Assembly (NCBI GenBank): GCA_964016885.1
Contig: OZ024744.1
Coordinates: forward strand, 122,450,001 to 122,514,000
Reading direction: 5' to 3'
Origin: Eledone cirrhosa
Lineage: Eukaryota
Length of the DNA: 64,000 bases
The notes below the pieces were generated by a model. It did no database searches, was not told the DNA's origin, and saw only the letters and a list, made by a program, of their open reading frames with translations. The translations under genes and the position numbers were made by a program. This document shows, one piece after another, positions 13,534-27,139 of this stretch (within the stretch, counting starts at the first letter, position 1; each line of letters opens with the position of its first letter).

Positions 13534-16500
13534 ATTTAGGGTTCTGTAGTGTAGTTAGGTCTAGGTTTCTATACCGTAGTTAGGTCTAGGGATCTATAGT
13601 GTAGTTAGGTCTAGGGTTCTATACTGTAGTTAGGTCTAGGGTTCTATACTGTAGCTAGGTGTAGGGTTCTATACTGTAGTTAGGTTTAGGGTTCTGTAGT
13701 GTAGTTAGATTTACGGTTCTATACTGTAGTGAGGTTTAGCGTTCTGTACAGTAGTGAGGTCTAGGGTTTTATACTGTAGTTAGGTTTAGGGTTCTATAAT
13801 GTAGCTATGTTTAGGGTTCTGTAGTGTAGTTGGGTTTAGGGTTCTGTACTGTAGTTAGGTCTAGGGTTCTATACTGTAGTTAGGTTTAGGGTTCTATACT
13901 GTAGTTAGGTCTAGGGTTCTATAGTGTAGTTAGGTTTAGGGTTCTGTAGTGTAGTTAGGTTTAGGGTTCTGTAGTGTAGTTAGGTTTAGGTTTCTGTAGT
14001 GTAGTTAGGTTTAGGGTTCTGTAGTGTAGTTAGGTTTAGGGTTCTATACTGTAGTTAGGTCTAGGGTTCCATACTGTAGTTAGATCTAGGGTTCTATAGT
14101 GTAGTTAGGTCTAGGGTTCTATACTGTAGCTAGGTGTAGGGTACTATACTGTAGTTATGTCTAGGTTTCTATAGTGTAGTTAGGTTTAAAGGTTCTGTAC
14201 TATAGTTAGGTCTAGGGTGCTATACTGTAGTGAGGTTTAGGGTTCTGTACTGTAGTTAGGTTTAGGGTTCTGTACTATAGTTAGGTCTAGGGTTCTATAC
14301 TGTAGTTAGGTTTAAGGTTCTATACTGTAGTTAGGTTTAGGGTTCTGTAGTGTAGGTAGGTTTAGGGTTCTATACTGTAGTTAGGTCTAGGGTTCTGTAG
14401 TGTAGTTAGGTGTAGGGTGCTGTACTGTAGTTAGGTTTAGGGTCCTATACTATAGTCAGGTTTAGGGTTCTATAGTGTAGTTAGGTTTAGGATTCTATAC
14501 TGTAGTTAGGTTTAGGGTTCTGTAGTGTAGTTAGGTCTAGGTTTCTGTAATGTAGTTAGGTTTAGGGTTCTGTACTGTAGTTAGGTTTAGGGTTCTATAG
14601 TGTAGTTAGGTCTAGGGTTCTATACTATAACTAGGTGTAGGGTTCTATACTGTAGTTATGTCTAGGGTTCTATAGTGTAGTTAGGTTTAAAGGTTCTGTA
14701 CTATAGTTAGGTCTAGGATGCTATACTGTAGTTAGGTTTAGGGTTCTATACTGTAGTTAGGTTTAGAGTTCAATACTATAGTCAGGTTTAAGGTTCTATA
14801 CTGTAATTAGGTTTAGGGTTCTGTAGTGTAGTTAGGTTTAGGGTTCTATATTGTAGTTAGGTTTAGGGTTCTGTAGTGTAGTAAGGTCTAGGGTTCTGTA
14901 CTGTAGTTAGGTCTAGCTTTCTATACTGTAGCTAGGTCTAGGGTTCTATACTGTAGTCAGGTTTATGGTATTGTTGTGTAGTTAGGTTTAGGGTTCTGTA
15001 ATGTAGTTAGGTTTAGGGTTCTGCAGTGTAGTTAGGTCTAGGGTTCTATACTGTAGTTAGTTCTTGGGTTTTATAGTGTAGTTAGGTCTAGGGTTCTATA
15101 CTGTAGTTAGGTCTAGGGTTCTATACTGTAGCTAGGTCTAGAGTTCTATATTGTAGTTAGGTTTAGGGTTCTGTAGTGTAGTTAGGTTTAGGGTTCTATA
15201 CTGTAGTTAGGTCTAGGGTTCTATACTGTAGTTAGGTCTAGGGTTCTGTAGTGTAGTTAGGTCTAGGGTACTATACTGTAGTTAGGTCTAGGGTTCTATA
15301 CTGTAGCTAGGTGTAGGGTTCTATACTGTAGTTAGGTCTAGGGTTCTGTAGTGTAGTTAGGTCTAGGGTACTATACTGTAGTTAGGTCTAGGGTTCTATA
15401 CTGTAGCTAGGTGTAGGGTTCTATACTGTAGTTAGGTCTAGGGTGCTATACTGTAGTTAGGTTTAGGGATCTGTACTGTAATTAGGTTTAGGGTTCTATA
15501 TTGTAGTTAGGTTTAGTGTTCTGTAGTGTAGTTAGGTTTAGGGTTCTGTAATATAGTTAGGCTTAGGGTTCTGTACTGTAGTTAGGTCTAGGGTTCTATA
15601 CTGTAGCTAGGTTTAGGGTTCTAAACTGTAGCTAGGTGTAGGGTTCTATACTGTAGTGAGGTTAAGGGTTCTGTAGTGTAGTTAGGTTTAGGGTTGTGTA
15701 CTGTAGTTACGTCTAGGGTTCTATACTGTAGTTAGGTTTAGGGTTCTGTAGTGTAGTTAGGTCTAGGGTTCTGTACTGTAGTTAGGTTTAAGGTTCTACA
15801 TTGTAGTTAGGTTTAGGGTTCTATACTGTAGTTAGGTCTAGGGTTCTATACTGCAGTTAGGTCTAGGGTTCTGTACTATAGTTAGGTCTAGGGTTCTATA
15901 CTGTAGTTAGGTTTAAGGTTCTATACTGTAGTTAGGTTAAGGGTTCTGCAGTGTAGGTAGGTTTAGGGTTCTATACTGTAGTTAGGTCTAGGGTTCTGTA
16001 GTGTAGTTAGGTTTAGGGTGCTGTACTGTAGTTAGGTTTAGGGTTCTATACTATAGTTAGGTTTAGGGTTCTATAGTGTAGTTAGGTTTAGGGTTCTATA
16101 CTGTAGTTAGGTTTAGGGTTCTGTAGTGTAGTTAGGTCTAGGTGTCTGTAATGTAGTTAGGTTTAGGGTTCTGTACTGTAGTTAGGTTTAGGGTTCTATA
16201 CTGTAGTTAGGTTTAGGGTTCTATACTGTAGTTATGTTTAGGGTTCTGTAGTATAGTTGGGTTTAGGGTTCTGTACTGTAGTTAGGTCTAGGGTTCTATG
16301 TTGTAGTTAGGTTTAGGGTTCTGCAATATAGTTAGGTTTAGGGTTCTATATTGTAGTTAGATTTAGGGTTCTGTACTGTAGTTAGGTTTAGGGTTGTGTA
16401 CTGTAGTTAGGTGTAGGTTTTTATACTGTAGTTAGGTTTAGGGTTCTGTAGTGTAGTTAGGTCTTGGGTTCTATACTGTAGTTAGGTTTAGGGTTCTGAA

Positions 16501-16879
16501 GTGTAGTTAGGTTTAGGGTTCTGTAGTGTAGTTAGGTCTAGGTTTCTGTAATGTAGTTAGGTTTAGGGTTCTGTACTGTAGTTAGGTTCAGGGTTCTATA
16601 CTATAGTTAGGTTTAGGGTTCTATAGTGTAGTTAGGTCTAAGGGTCTATACTATAGCTAGGTGTAGGGTTCTATACGGTAGTTATGTCTAGGGTTCTAAA
16701 CTGTAGTGAGGTTTAGGGTTCTGTAGTGTAGTTAGGTTTAAAGGTTCTGTACTATAGTTAGGTCTAGGGTGCTATACTGTAGTTAGGTTTAGGGTTCTAT
16801 ACTGTAGTTAGGTTTAGGGTTCTATACTATAGTTTGGTTTAAGTTTCTATACTGTAATTAGGTTTAGGGTTCTGTAGCG

Positions 16880-19800
16880 TAGTTAGGTTTAGGGTTCTAT
16901 ATTGTAGTTAGGTTTAGGGTTCTGTAGTGTAGTTAGGTCTAGGGTTCTGTACTGTAGTTAGGTCTAGGGTTCTATACTGTAGCTAGGTCTAGGGTTCTAT
17001 ACTGTAGTTAGGTTTAGGGTTCTGTAGTGTAGTTAGATTTAGGGTTCTGTAGTGTAGTTAGGTCTAGGTTTCTATACCGTAGTTAGGTCTAGGGATCTAT
17101 AGTGTAGTTAGGTCTAGGGTTCTATACTGTAGTTAGGTCTAGGGTTCTATACTGTAGCTAGGTGTAGGGTTCTATACTGTAGTTTGGTTTAGGGTTCTGT
17201 AGTGTAGTTAGGTTTAGGGTTCTATACTGTAGTTAGGTCTAGGGTTCTATAGAGTAGTTAGGTTTAAAGGTTCTGTACTATAGTTAGGTCTAGGGTGCTA
17301 TACTGTAGTTAGGTCTAGGGTGCTATACGGTAGTTAGGTTTAGGGTTCTATACTATAGTTAGGTGTAAGGTTCTATACTGTAATTAGGTTTAGTGTTCTG
17401 TAGTGTAGTTAGGTTTAGGGTTCTATATTGTAGTTAGGTTTAGGGTTCTGTAGTGTAGTAAGGTCTAGGGTTCTGTACTGTAGTTAGGTCTAGGTTTCTA
17501 TACTGTAGCTAGGTCTAGGGTTCTATACTGTAGTTAGGTTTATGGTATTGTTGTGTAGTTAGGTTTAGGGTTCTGTAATGTCGTTAGGTTTAGGGTTCTG
17601 CAGTGTAGTTAGGTCTAGGGTTCTATACTGTAGTTAGTTCTAGGGTTTTATAGTGTAGTTAGGTCTAGGGTTCTATACTGTAGTTAGGTCTAGGGTTCTA
17701 TACTGTAGCTAGGTGTAGGGTTCTATATTGTAGTTAGGTTTAGGGTCCTGTAGTGTAGTTAGGTCTAGGATTCTATATTGTAGTTAGGTTTAGGGTTCTG
17801 TAGTGTAGTTAGGTTTAGGGTTCTATACTGTAGTTAGGTTTAGGGTTCTGTACTATAGTTAGGTCTAGGGTTCTATACTGTAGTTAGGTTTAAGGTTCTA
17901 TACTGTAGTTAGGTTTAGGGTTCTGTAGTGTAGGTAGGTATAGGGTTCTATACTGTAGTTAGGTTTAGGGTTCTGTACTATAGTTAGGTCTAGGGTTCTA
18001 TACTGTAGCTAGGTTTAAGATTCTATACTGTAGTTAGGTTTAAGGTTCTGTAGTGTAGTTAGGTCTAGGTTCTGTAATGTAGTTAGGTTTAGGGTTCTGT
18101 ACTGTAGTTAGGTTTAGGGTTCTATACTATAGTTAGGTTTAGGGTTCTATAGTGTAGTTAGGTCTAGGGTTCTATACTGTAACTAGGTGTAGGGTTCTAT
18201 ACTGTAGTTATGTCTAGGGTTCTATAGTGTAGTTAGGTTTAAAGGTTCTGTACTATAGTTAGGTCTAGGGTGCTATACTGTAGTGAGGTTTAGGGTTCTA
18301 TACTATAGTTAGGTTTAAGGTTCTATACTGTAATTAGGTTTAGGGTTCTATAGTGTAGTTAGCTTTAGGGTTCTGTAGTGTAGTTAGGTCTAGGATTCTA
18401 TATTGTAGTTAGGTTTAGGGTTCTGTAGTGTAGTTAGGTTTAGGGTTCTATACTGTAGTTAGGTTTAGGGTTCTGTACTATAGTTAGGTCTAGGGTTCTA
18501 TACTGTAGTTAGGTTTAAGGTTCTATACTGTAGTTAGGTTTAAGGTTCTGTAGTGTAGGTAGGTTTAGGGTTCTATACTGTAGTTAGGTCTAGGGTTCTG
18601 AAGTGTAGTTAGGTCTAGGTTTCTGTAATGTAGTTAGGTTTAGGGTTCTGTACTGTAATGTCTAGGGTTCTACACTGTAGTGAGGTTTTGGGTTCTATAG
18701 TATAGTTAGGTTTAAAGGTCCTGTATTATAGTTAGGTCTAGGTTTCTATACTGTAGTTAGGTTTAAGGTTCTATACTGTAGTTGGGTTTAGGGTTCTGTA
18801 GTGTAGGTAGGTTTAGGGTTCTATATTGTAGTTAGGTTTAGGGTTCTGTAGTGTAGTTAGGTCTAGGGTTCTGTACTGTAGTTAGGTCTAGGGTTCTATA
18901 CTGTAGCTAGGTCTAGGGTTCTATACTGTAGTTAGGTTTAGGGTTCTGTAGTGTAGTTAGATTTAGGGTTCTGTAGTGTAGTTAGGTCTAGGTTTCTATA
19001 CCGTAGTTAGGTCTAGGGATCTATAGTGTAGTTAGGTCTAGGGTTCTATACTGTAGTTAGGTCTAGGGTTCTATACTGTAGCTAGGTGTAGGGTTCTATA
19101 CTGTAGTTTGGTTTAGGGTTCTGTAGTGTAGTTAGGTTTAGGGTTCTATACTGTAGTTAGGTCTAGGGTTCTATAGAGTAGTTAGGTTTAAAGGTTCTGT
19201 ACTATAGTTAGGTCTAGGGTGCTATACTGTAGTTAGGTCTAGGGTGCTATACGGTAGTTAGGTTTAGGGTTCTATACTATAGTTAGGTGTAAGGTTCTAT
19301 ACTGTAATTAGGTTTAGTGTTCTGTAGTGTAGTTAGGTTTAGGGTTCTATATTGTAGTTAGGTTTAGGGTTCTGTAGTGTAGTAAGTTCTAGGGTTCTGT
19401 ACTGTAGTTAGGTCTAGGTTTCTATACTGTAGCTAGGTCTAGGGTTCTATACTGTAGTTAGGTTTATGGTATTGTTGTGTAGTTAGGTTTAGGGTTCTGT
19501 AATGTCGTTAGGTTTAGGGTTCTGCAGTGTAGTTAGGTCTAGGGTTCTATACTGTAGTTAGTTCTAGGGTTTTATAGTGTAGTTAGGTCTAGGGTTGTAT
19601 ACTGTAGTTAGGTCTAGGGTTCTATACTGTAGCTAGGTGTAGGGTTCTATATTGTAGTTAGGTTTAGGGTCCTGTAGTGTAGTTAGGTCTAGGATTCTAT
19701 ATTGTAGTTAGGTTTAGGGTTCTGTAGTGTAGTTAGGTTTAGGGTTCTATACTGTAGTTAGGTTTAGGGTTCTGTACTATAGTTAGGTCTAGGGTTCTAT

Positions 19801-20660
19801 ACTGTAGTTAGGTTTAAGGTTCTATACTGTAGTTAGGTTTAGGGTTCTGTAGTGTAGGTAGGTATAGGGTTCTATACTGTAGTTAGGTTTAGGGTTCTGT
19901 ACTATAGTTAGGTCTAGGGTTCTATACTGTAGCTAGGTTTAAGATTCTATACTGTAGTTAGGTTTAAGGTTCTGTAGTGTAGTTAGGTCTAGGTTCTGTA
20001 ATGTAGTTAGGTTTAGGGTTCTGTACTGTAGTTAGGTTTAGGGTTCTATACTATAGTTAGGTTTAGGGTTCTATAGTGTAGTTAGGTCTAGGGTTCTATA
20101 CTGTAACTAGGTGTAGGGTTCTATACTGTAGTTATGTCTAGGGTTCTATAGTGTAGTTAGGTTTAAGGTTCTATACTGTAATTAGGTTTAGGGTTCTATA
20201 TTGTAGTTAGCTTTAGGGTTCTGTAGTGTAGTTAGGTCTAGGATTCTATATTGTAGTTAGGTTTAGGGTTCTGTAGTGTAGTTAGGTTTAGGGTTCTATA
20301 CTGTAGTTAGGTTTAGGGTTCTGTACTATAGTTAGGTCTAGGGTTCTATACTGTAGTTAGGTTTAAGGTTCTATACTGTAGTTAGGTTTAAGGTTCTGTA
20401 GTGTAGGTAGGTTTAGGGTTCTATACTGTAGTTAGGTCTAGGGTTCTGAAGTGTAGTTAGGTCTAGGTTTCTGTAATGTAGTTAGGTTTAGGGTTCTGTA
20501 CTGTAATGTCTAGGGTTCTACACTGTAGTGAGGTTTTGGGTTCTATAGTATAGTTAGGTTTAAAGGTCCTGTATTATAGTTAGGTCTAGGTTTCTATACT
20601 GTAGTTAGGTTTAAGGTTCTATACTGTAGTTGGGTTTAGGGTTCTGTAGTGTAGGTAGGT
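16880..20660 (+). repeat. Tandem duplication of about 1.9 kb
   Basis: AATGTCGTTA at C17582/C19506 (offset 1924). TAAAGGTCCTGTATTATAG at C18720/C20568 (offset 1848, i.e. 76 bp fewer in the second copy). Confidence 0.88.
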
Positions 20661-23600
20661 TTAGGGTTCTATACTGTAGTTAGGTCGAGGGTTTTGTAGT
20701 GTAGATAGGTTCAGGGTGCTGTACTGTAGTTAGGTTTAGGGTTCTATACTATAGTTAGGTTTAGGGTTCTATAGTGTAGTTAGGTTTAGGGTTCTATACT
20801 GTAGTTAGGTTTAGGGTTCTGTAGTGTAGTTAGGACTAGGTTTCTGTAATGTAATTAGGTTTAGGGTTCTGTACTGTAGTTAGGTTTAGGGTTCTATAGT
20901 GTAGTTAGGTCTAGGGTTCTATACTGTAGCTAGGTGTAGGGTTCTATACTGTAGTTATGTCTAGGGTTGTATACCGTAGTGAGGTTTTGGGTTCTATAGT
21001 GTAGTTAGGTTTAAAGGTTCTGTACTATAGTTAGGTCTAGGGTGCTATACTGTAGTTAGGTCTAGGGTGCTATACGGTAGTTAGGTTTAGGGTTCTATAC
21101 TGTAGTTAGGTTTAGGGTTCTATACTATAGTTAGGTGTAAGGTTCTATACTGTAATTAGGTTTAGGGTTCTGTAGTGTAGTTAGGTTTAGGGTTCTATAT
21201 TGTAGTTAGGTTTAGGGTTCTGTAGTGTAGTAAGGTCTAGGGTTCTGTACTGTAGTTAGGTCTAGGGTTCTATACTGTAGCTAGGTCTAGGGTTCTATAC
21301 TGTAGTTAGGTTTAGGGTTCTGTAGTGTAGTTAGGACTAGGTTTCTGTAATGTAATTAGGTTTAGGGTTCTGTACTGTAGTTAGGTTTAGGGTTCTATAG
21401 TGTAGGTAGGTCTAGGGTTCTATACTGTAGCTAGGTGTAGGGTTCTATACTGTAGTTATGCCTAGGGTTGTATACTGTAGTGAGGTTTTGGGTTCTATAG
21501 TGTAGTTAGGTTTAAAGGTTCTGTACTATAGTTAGGTCTAGGGTGCTATACTGTAGTTAGGTCTAGGGTGCTATACGGTAGTTAGGTTTAGGGTTCTATA
21601 CTGTAGTTAGGTTTAGGGTTCTATACTATAGTTAGGTGTAAGGTTCTATACTGTAATTAGGTTTAGGGTTCTGTAGTGTAGTTAGGTTTAGGGTTCTATA
21701 CTGTAGTTAGTTCTAGGGTTCTATAGTGTAGTTAGGTCTAGGGTTCTATACTGTAGTTAGGTCTAGGGTTCTATACTGTAGCTAGGTGTAGGGTTCTATA
21801 CTGTAGTTAGGTCTAGGGTTCTATACAGTAGTGACGTTTAGGGTTCTGTAGTGTAGTTAGGTTTAGGGTTGTGTACTGTAGTTAGGTTTAAGGTTCTATA
21901 TTGTAGTTAGGTTTAGGGTTCTATACTGTAGTTAGGTTTAGGGTTCTATACTGTCGTTAGGTCTAGGGCTCTGTACTATAGTTAGGTCTAGGGTTCTATA
22001 CTGTAGTTAGGTTTAAGGTTCGATACTGTAGTTAGGTTTAGGGTTCTGTAGTGTAGTTAGGTTTAGGGTTCTATACTCTAGTGAGGTTTAGGGTTCTGTA
22101 CTATAGTTAGGTCTAGGGTGCTATACTGTAGTTAGGTTTAGGGTTCTAAACAGTAGCTAGGTGTAGGGTTCTATACTGTAGCTATGTTTAGGATTCTGTA
22201 GTGTAGTTGGGTTTAGGGTTCTGTACTGTAGTTAGGTCTAGGGTTCTATACTGTAGTTAGGTTTAGGGTTCTATACTGTAGTTAGGTCTAGGGTTCTATA
22301 GTGTAGTTAGGTTTAGGGTTCTGTAGTGTAGTTAGGTTTAGGGTTCTATACTGTAGCTAGGTTTAGGGTTCTGTAGTGTAGTTAGGTTTAGGGTTCTGTA
22401 CTGTAGTGAGGTTTAGGGTTCTATAGTGTAGTTAGGTCTAGGGTTCTATACTGTAGCTAGGTGTAGGGTTCTATACTGTAGTTATGTCTAGGGTTCTATA
22501 CCGTAGTGAGGTTTTGGGTTCTATAGTATAGTTAGGTTTAAAGGTTCTGTACTATAGTTAGGTCTAGGGTGCTATACTGTAGTGAGGTTTAGGGTTCTGT
22601 ACTGTAGTTAGGTTTAGGGTTCTATACTGTAGTTAGGTTTAGGGTTCTATACTGTAGTTAGGTTTAGGGTTCTATACTATAGTTAGGTTTAAGGTTCTAT
22701 ACTGTAATTAGGTTTAGGGTTCTATTTTGTAGTTAGGTTTAGGGTTCTGTAGTGTAGTTAGGTCTAGGATTCTATATTGTAGTTAGGTTTAGGGTTCTGT
22801 AGTGTAGTTAGGTTTAGGGTTCTATACTGTAGTTAGGTTTAGGGTTCTGTACTATAGTTAGGTCTAGGGTTCTATACTGTTGTTAGGTTTAAGGTTCTAT
22901 ACTGTAGTTAGGTTTAAGGTTCTGTAGTGTAGGTAGGTTTAGGGTTCTATACTGTAGTTAGGTCTAGGGTTCTGAAGTGTAGTTAGGTCTAGGTTCTGTA
23001 ATGTAGTTAGGTTTAGGGTTCTGTACTGTAATGTCTAGGGTTCTATACTGTAGTGAGGTTTTGGGTTCTATAGTATAGTTAGGTTTAAAGGTTCTGTACT
23101 ATAGTTAGGTCTAGGGTGCTATACTGTAGTGAGGTTTAGGGTTCTATACTATAGTTAGGTTTAAGGTTCTATACAGTAATTAGGTTTAGGGTTCTATATT
23201 GTAGTTAGGTTTAGGGTTCTGTAGTGTACTCAGGTCTAGGATTCTATATTGTAGTTAGGTTTAGGGTTCTGTAGTGTAGTTAGGTTTAGGGTTCTATACT
23301 GTATTTAGGTTTAGGGTTCTGTACTATAGTTAGGTCTAGGGTTCTATACTGTAGTTAGGTTTAAGGTTCTATACTGTAGTTGGGTTTAGGGTTCTGTAGT
23401 GTAGGTAGGTTTAGGGTTCTATACTGTAGTTAGGTCGAGGGTTTTGTAGTGTAGATAGGTTCAGGGTGCTGTACTGTAGTTAGGTTTAGGGTTCTATACT
23501 ACAGTTAGGTTTAGGGTTCTATAGTGTAGTTAGGTTTAGGGTTCTATACTGTAGTTAGGTTTAGGGTTCTGTAGTGTAGTTAGGACTAAGTTTCTGTAAT

Positions 23601-23899
23601 GTAATTAGGTTTAGGGTTCTGTACTGTAGTTAGGTTTAGGGTTCTATAGTGTAGTTAGGTCTAGGGTTCTATACTGTAGCTAGGTGTAGGGTTCTATACT
23701 GTAGTTATGTCTAGGGTTGTATACTGTAGACAGGTTTTGGCTTCTATAGTGTAGTTAGGTTTAAAGGTTCTGTACTATAGTTAGGTCTAGGGTGCTATAC
23801 TGTAGTTAGGTCTAGGGTGCTATACGGTAGTTAGGTTTAGGGTTCTATACTGTAGTTAGGTTTAGGGTTCTATACTATAGTTAGGTGTAAGGTTCTATA

Positions 23900-26800
23900 C
23901 TGTAATTAGGTTTAGGGTTCTGTAGTGTAGTTAGGTTTAGGGTTCTATATTGTAGGTAGGTTTAGGGTTCTGTAGTGTAGTAAGGTCTAGGGTTCTGTAC
24001 TGTAGTTAGGTCTAGGGTTCTATACTGTAGCTAGGTCTAGGGTTCTATACTGTAGTTAGGTTTATGGTATTGTAGTGTAGTTAGGTTTAGGGTTCTGTAG
24101 TGTAGTTAGGTTTAGGGTTCTATACTGTAGTTAGTTCTAGGGTTCTATAGTGTAGTTAGGTCTAGGGTTCTATACTGTAGTTAGGTCTAGGGTTCTATAC
24201 TGTAGCTAGGTGTAGGGTTCTATACTGTAGTTAGGTCTAGGGTTCTATACAGTAGTGACGTTTAGGGTTCTATACTGTAGTTAGGTTTGGATTGTGTAGT
24301 GTAGGTAGGTTTAGGGTTCTATACTGTAGTTAGGTATAGGGTTCGGTAGTGTAGTTAGGTCTAGGGTGCTGTACTGTAGTTAGGTTTAGGGTTCTATACT
24401 ATAGTTAGGTTTAGGGTTCTATAGTGTAGTTAGGTTTAGGGTTCTATACTGTAGTTAGGTTTAGGGTTCTGTAGTGTAGTTAGGTCTAGGGTTCTATACT
24501 GTAGTTAGTTCTAGGGTTCTATAGTGTAGTCAGGTCTAGGGTTCTATACTTTAGTTAGGTCTAGGGTTCTATACTGTAGCTAGGTGTAGGGTTCTATACT
24601 GTAGTTAGGTTTAGGGTTCTATACTATAGTTAGGTTTAGGGTTCTATAGTGTAGTTAGGTTTAGGGTTCTATACTGTAGTTAGGTTTAGGGTTCTGTAGT
24701 GTAGTTAGGTCTAGGGTTCTATACTGTAGTTAGTTCTAGGGTTCTATAGTGTAGTCAGGTCTAGGGTTCTATACTTTAGTTAGGTCTAGGGTTCTATACT
24801 GTAGCTAGGTGTAGGGTTCTATACTGTAGTTAGGTTTAGGGTTCTGTAGTGTAGTTAGGTTTAGGGTTCTATACTGTAGTTAGGTCTAGGGTTCTATAGT
24901 GTAGTTAGGTCTAGGGTTCTATACTGTAGCTAGGTCTAGGGTTCTATACAGTAGTTAGGTCTAGGGTTCTATACTGTAGTGAGGTTTAGGGTTCTGTACT
25001 ATAGTTAGGTTTAGGGTTCTATACTGTAGTTAGGTTTAGGGTTCTATACTATAGTTAGGTGTAAGGTTCTATACTGTAATTAGGTTTAGGGTTCTGTAGT
25101 GTAGTTAGGTTTAGGGTTCTATATTGTAGTTAGGTTTAGGGTTCTGTAGTGTAGTAAGGTCTAGGGTTCTGTACTGTAGTTAGGTCTAGGGTTCTATACT
25201 GTAGTTAGGTTTATGGTATTGTAGTGTAGTTAGGTTTAGGGTTCTGTAGTGTAGTTAGGTTTAGGGTTCTATACTGTAGTTAGTTCTAGGGTTCTATAGT
25301 GTAGTTAGGTCTAGGGTTCTATACTGTAGTTAGGTCTAGGGTTCTATACTGTAGCTAGGTGTAGGGTTCTATACTGTAGTTAGGTCTAGGGTTCTATACA
25401 GTAGTGACGTTTAGGGTTCTATACTGTAGTTAGGTTTGGATTGTGTAGTGTAGGTAGGTTTAGGGTTCTATACTGTAGTTAGGTATAGGGTTCGGTAGTG
25501 TAGTTAGGTCTAGGGTGCTGTACTGTAGTTAGGTTTAGGGTTCTATACTATAGTTAGGTTTAGGGTTCTATAGTGTAGTTAGGTTTAGGGTTCTATACTG
25601 TAGTTAGGTTTAGGGTTCTGTAGTGTAGTTAGGTCTAGGGTTCTATACTGTAGTTAGTTCTAGGGTTCTATAGTGTAGTCAGGTCTAGGGTTCTATACTT
25701 TAGTTAGGTCTAGGGTTCTATACTGTAGCTAGGTGTAGGGTTCTATACTGTAGTTAGGTTTAGGGTTCTATACTATAGTTAGGTTTAGGGTTCTATAGTG
25801 TAGTTAGGTTTAGGGTTCTATACTGTAGTTAGGTTTAGGGTTCTGTAGTGTAGTTAGGTCTAGGGTTCTATACTGTAGTTAGTTCTAGGGTTCTATAGTG
25901 TAGTCAGGTCTAGGGTTCTATACTTTAGTTAGGTCTAGGGTTCTATACTGTAGCTAGGTGTAGGGTTCTATACTGTAGTTAGGTTTAGGGTTCTGTAGTG
26001 TAGTTAGGTTTAGGGTTCTATACTGTAGTTAGGTCTAGGGTTCTATAGTGTAGTTAGGTCTAGGGTTCTATACTGTAGCTAGGTCTAGGGTTCTATACAG
26101 TAGTTAGGTCTAGGGTTCTATACTGTAGTGAGGTTTAGGGTTCTGTACTATAGTTAGGTTTAGGGTTCTATACTGTAGTTAGGTTTAGGGTTCTATACTA
26201 TAGTTAGGTGTAAGGTTCTATACTGTAATTAGGTTTAGGGTTCTGTAGTGTAGTTAGGTTTAGGGTTCTATATTGTAGTTAGGTTTAGGGTTCTGTAGTG
26301 TAGTAAGGTCTAGGGTTCTGTACTGTAGTTAGGTCTAGGGTTCTATACTGTAGTTAGGTTTATGGTATTGTAGTCAAGTTAGGTTTAGGGTTCTGTAGTG
26401 TAGTTAGGTTTAGGGTTCTATACTGTAGTTAGTTCTAGGGTTCTATAGTGTAGTTAGGTCTAGGGTTCTATACTGTAGTTAGGTCTAGGGTTCTATACTG
26501 TAGCTAGGTGTAGGGTTCTATACTGTAGTTAGGTCTAGGGTTCTATACAGTAGTGACGTTTAGGGTTCTATACTGTAGTTAGGTTTGGATTGTGTAGTGT
26601 AGGTAGGTTTAGGGTTCTATACTGTAGTTAGGTATAGGGTTCGGTAGTGTAGTTAGGTCTAGGGTGCTGTACTGTAGTTAGGTTTAGGGTTCTATACTAT
26701 AGTTAGGTTTAGGGTTCTATAGTGTAGTTAGGTTTAGGGTTCTATACTGTAGTTAGGTTTAGGGTTCTGTAGTGTAGTTAGGTCTAGGGTTCTATACTGT

Positions 26801-27050
26801 AGTTAGTTCTAGGGTACTATACTTTAGTTAGGTCTAGGGTTCTATACTGTAGCTAGGTGTAGGGTTCTATACTGTAGTTAGGTTTAGGGTTCTGTAGTGT
26901 AGTTAGGTTTAGGGTTCTATACTGTAGTTAGGTCTAGGGTTCTATAGTGTAGTTAGGTCTAGGGTTCTATACTGTAGCTAGGTCTAGGGTTCTATACAGT
27001 AGTTAGGTCTAGGGTTCTATACTGTAGTGAGGTTTAGGGTTCTGTACTAT
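23900..27050 (+). repeat. Approximate tandem triplication with a 1149-bp period and a nested 225-bp duplication
   Basis: GTTTGGATTGTG marker at A24291, A25440, A26589 (offsets 1149, 1149). ATACTTTAG occurs twice, 225 bp apart, in the first two copies (24546/24771, 25695/25920) but once in the third (~26820). Confidence 0.88.
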
Positions 27051-27139
27051 AGTTAGGTCTAGGGTGCTATACTGTAGTTAGGTTTAGGGTTCTAAACAGT
27101 AGCTAGGTGTAGGGTTCTATACTGTAGCTATGTTTAGGA

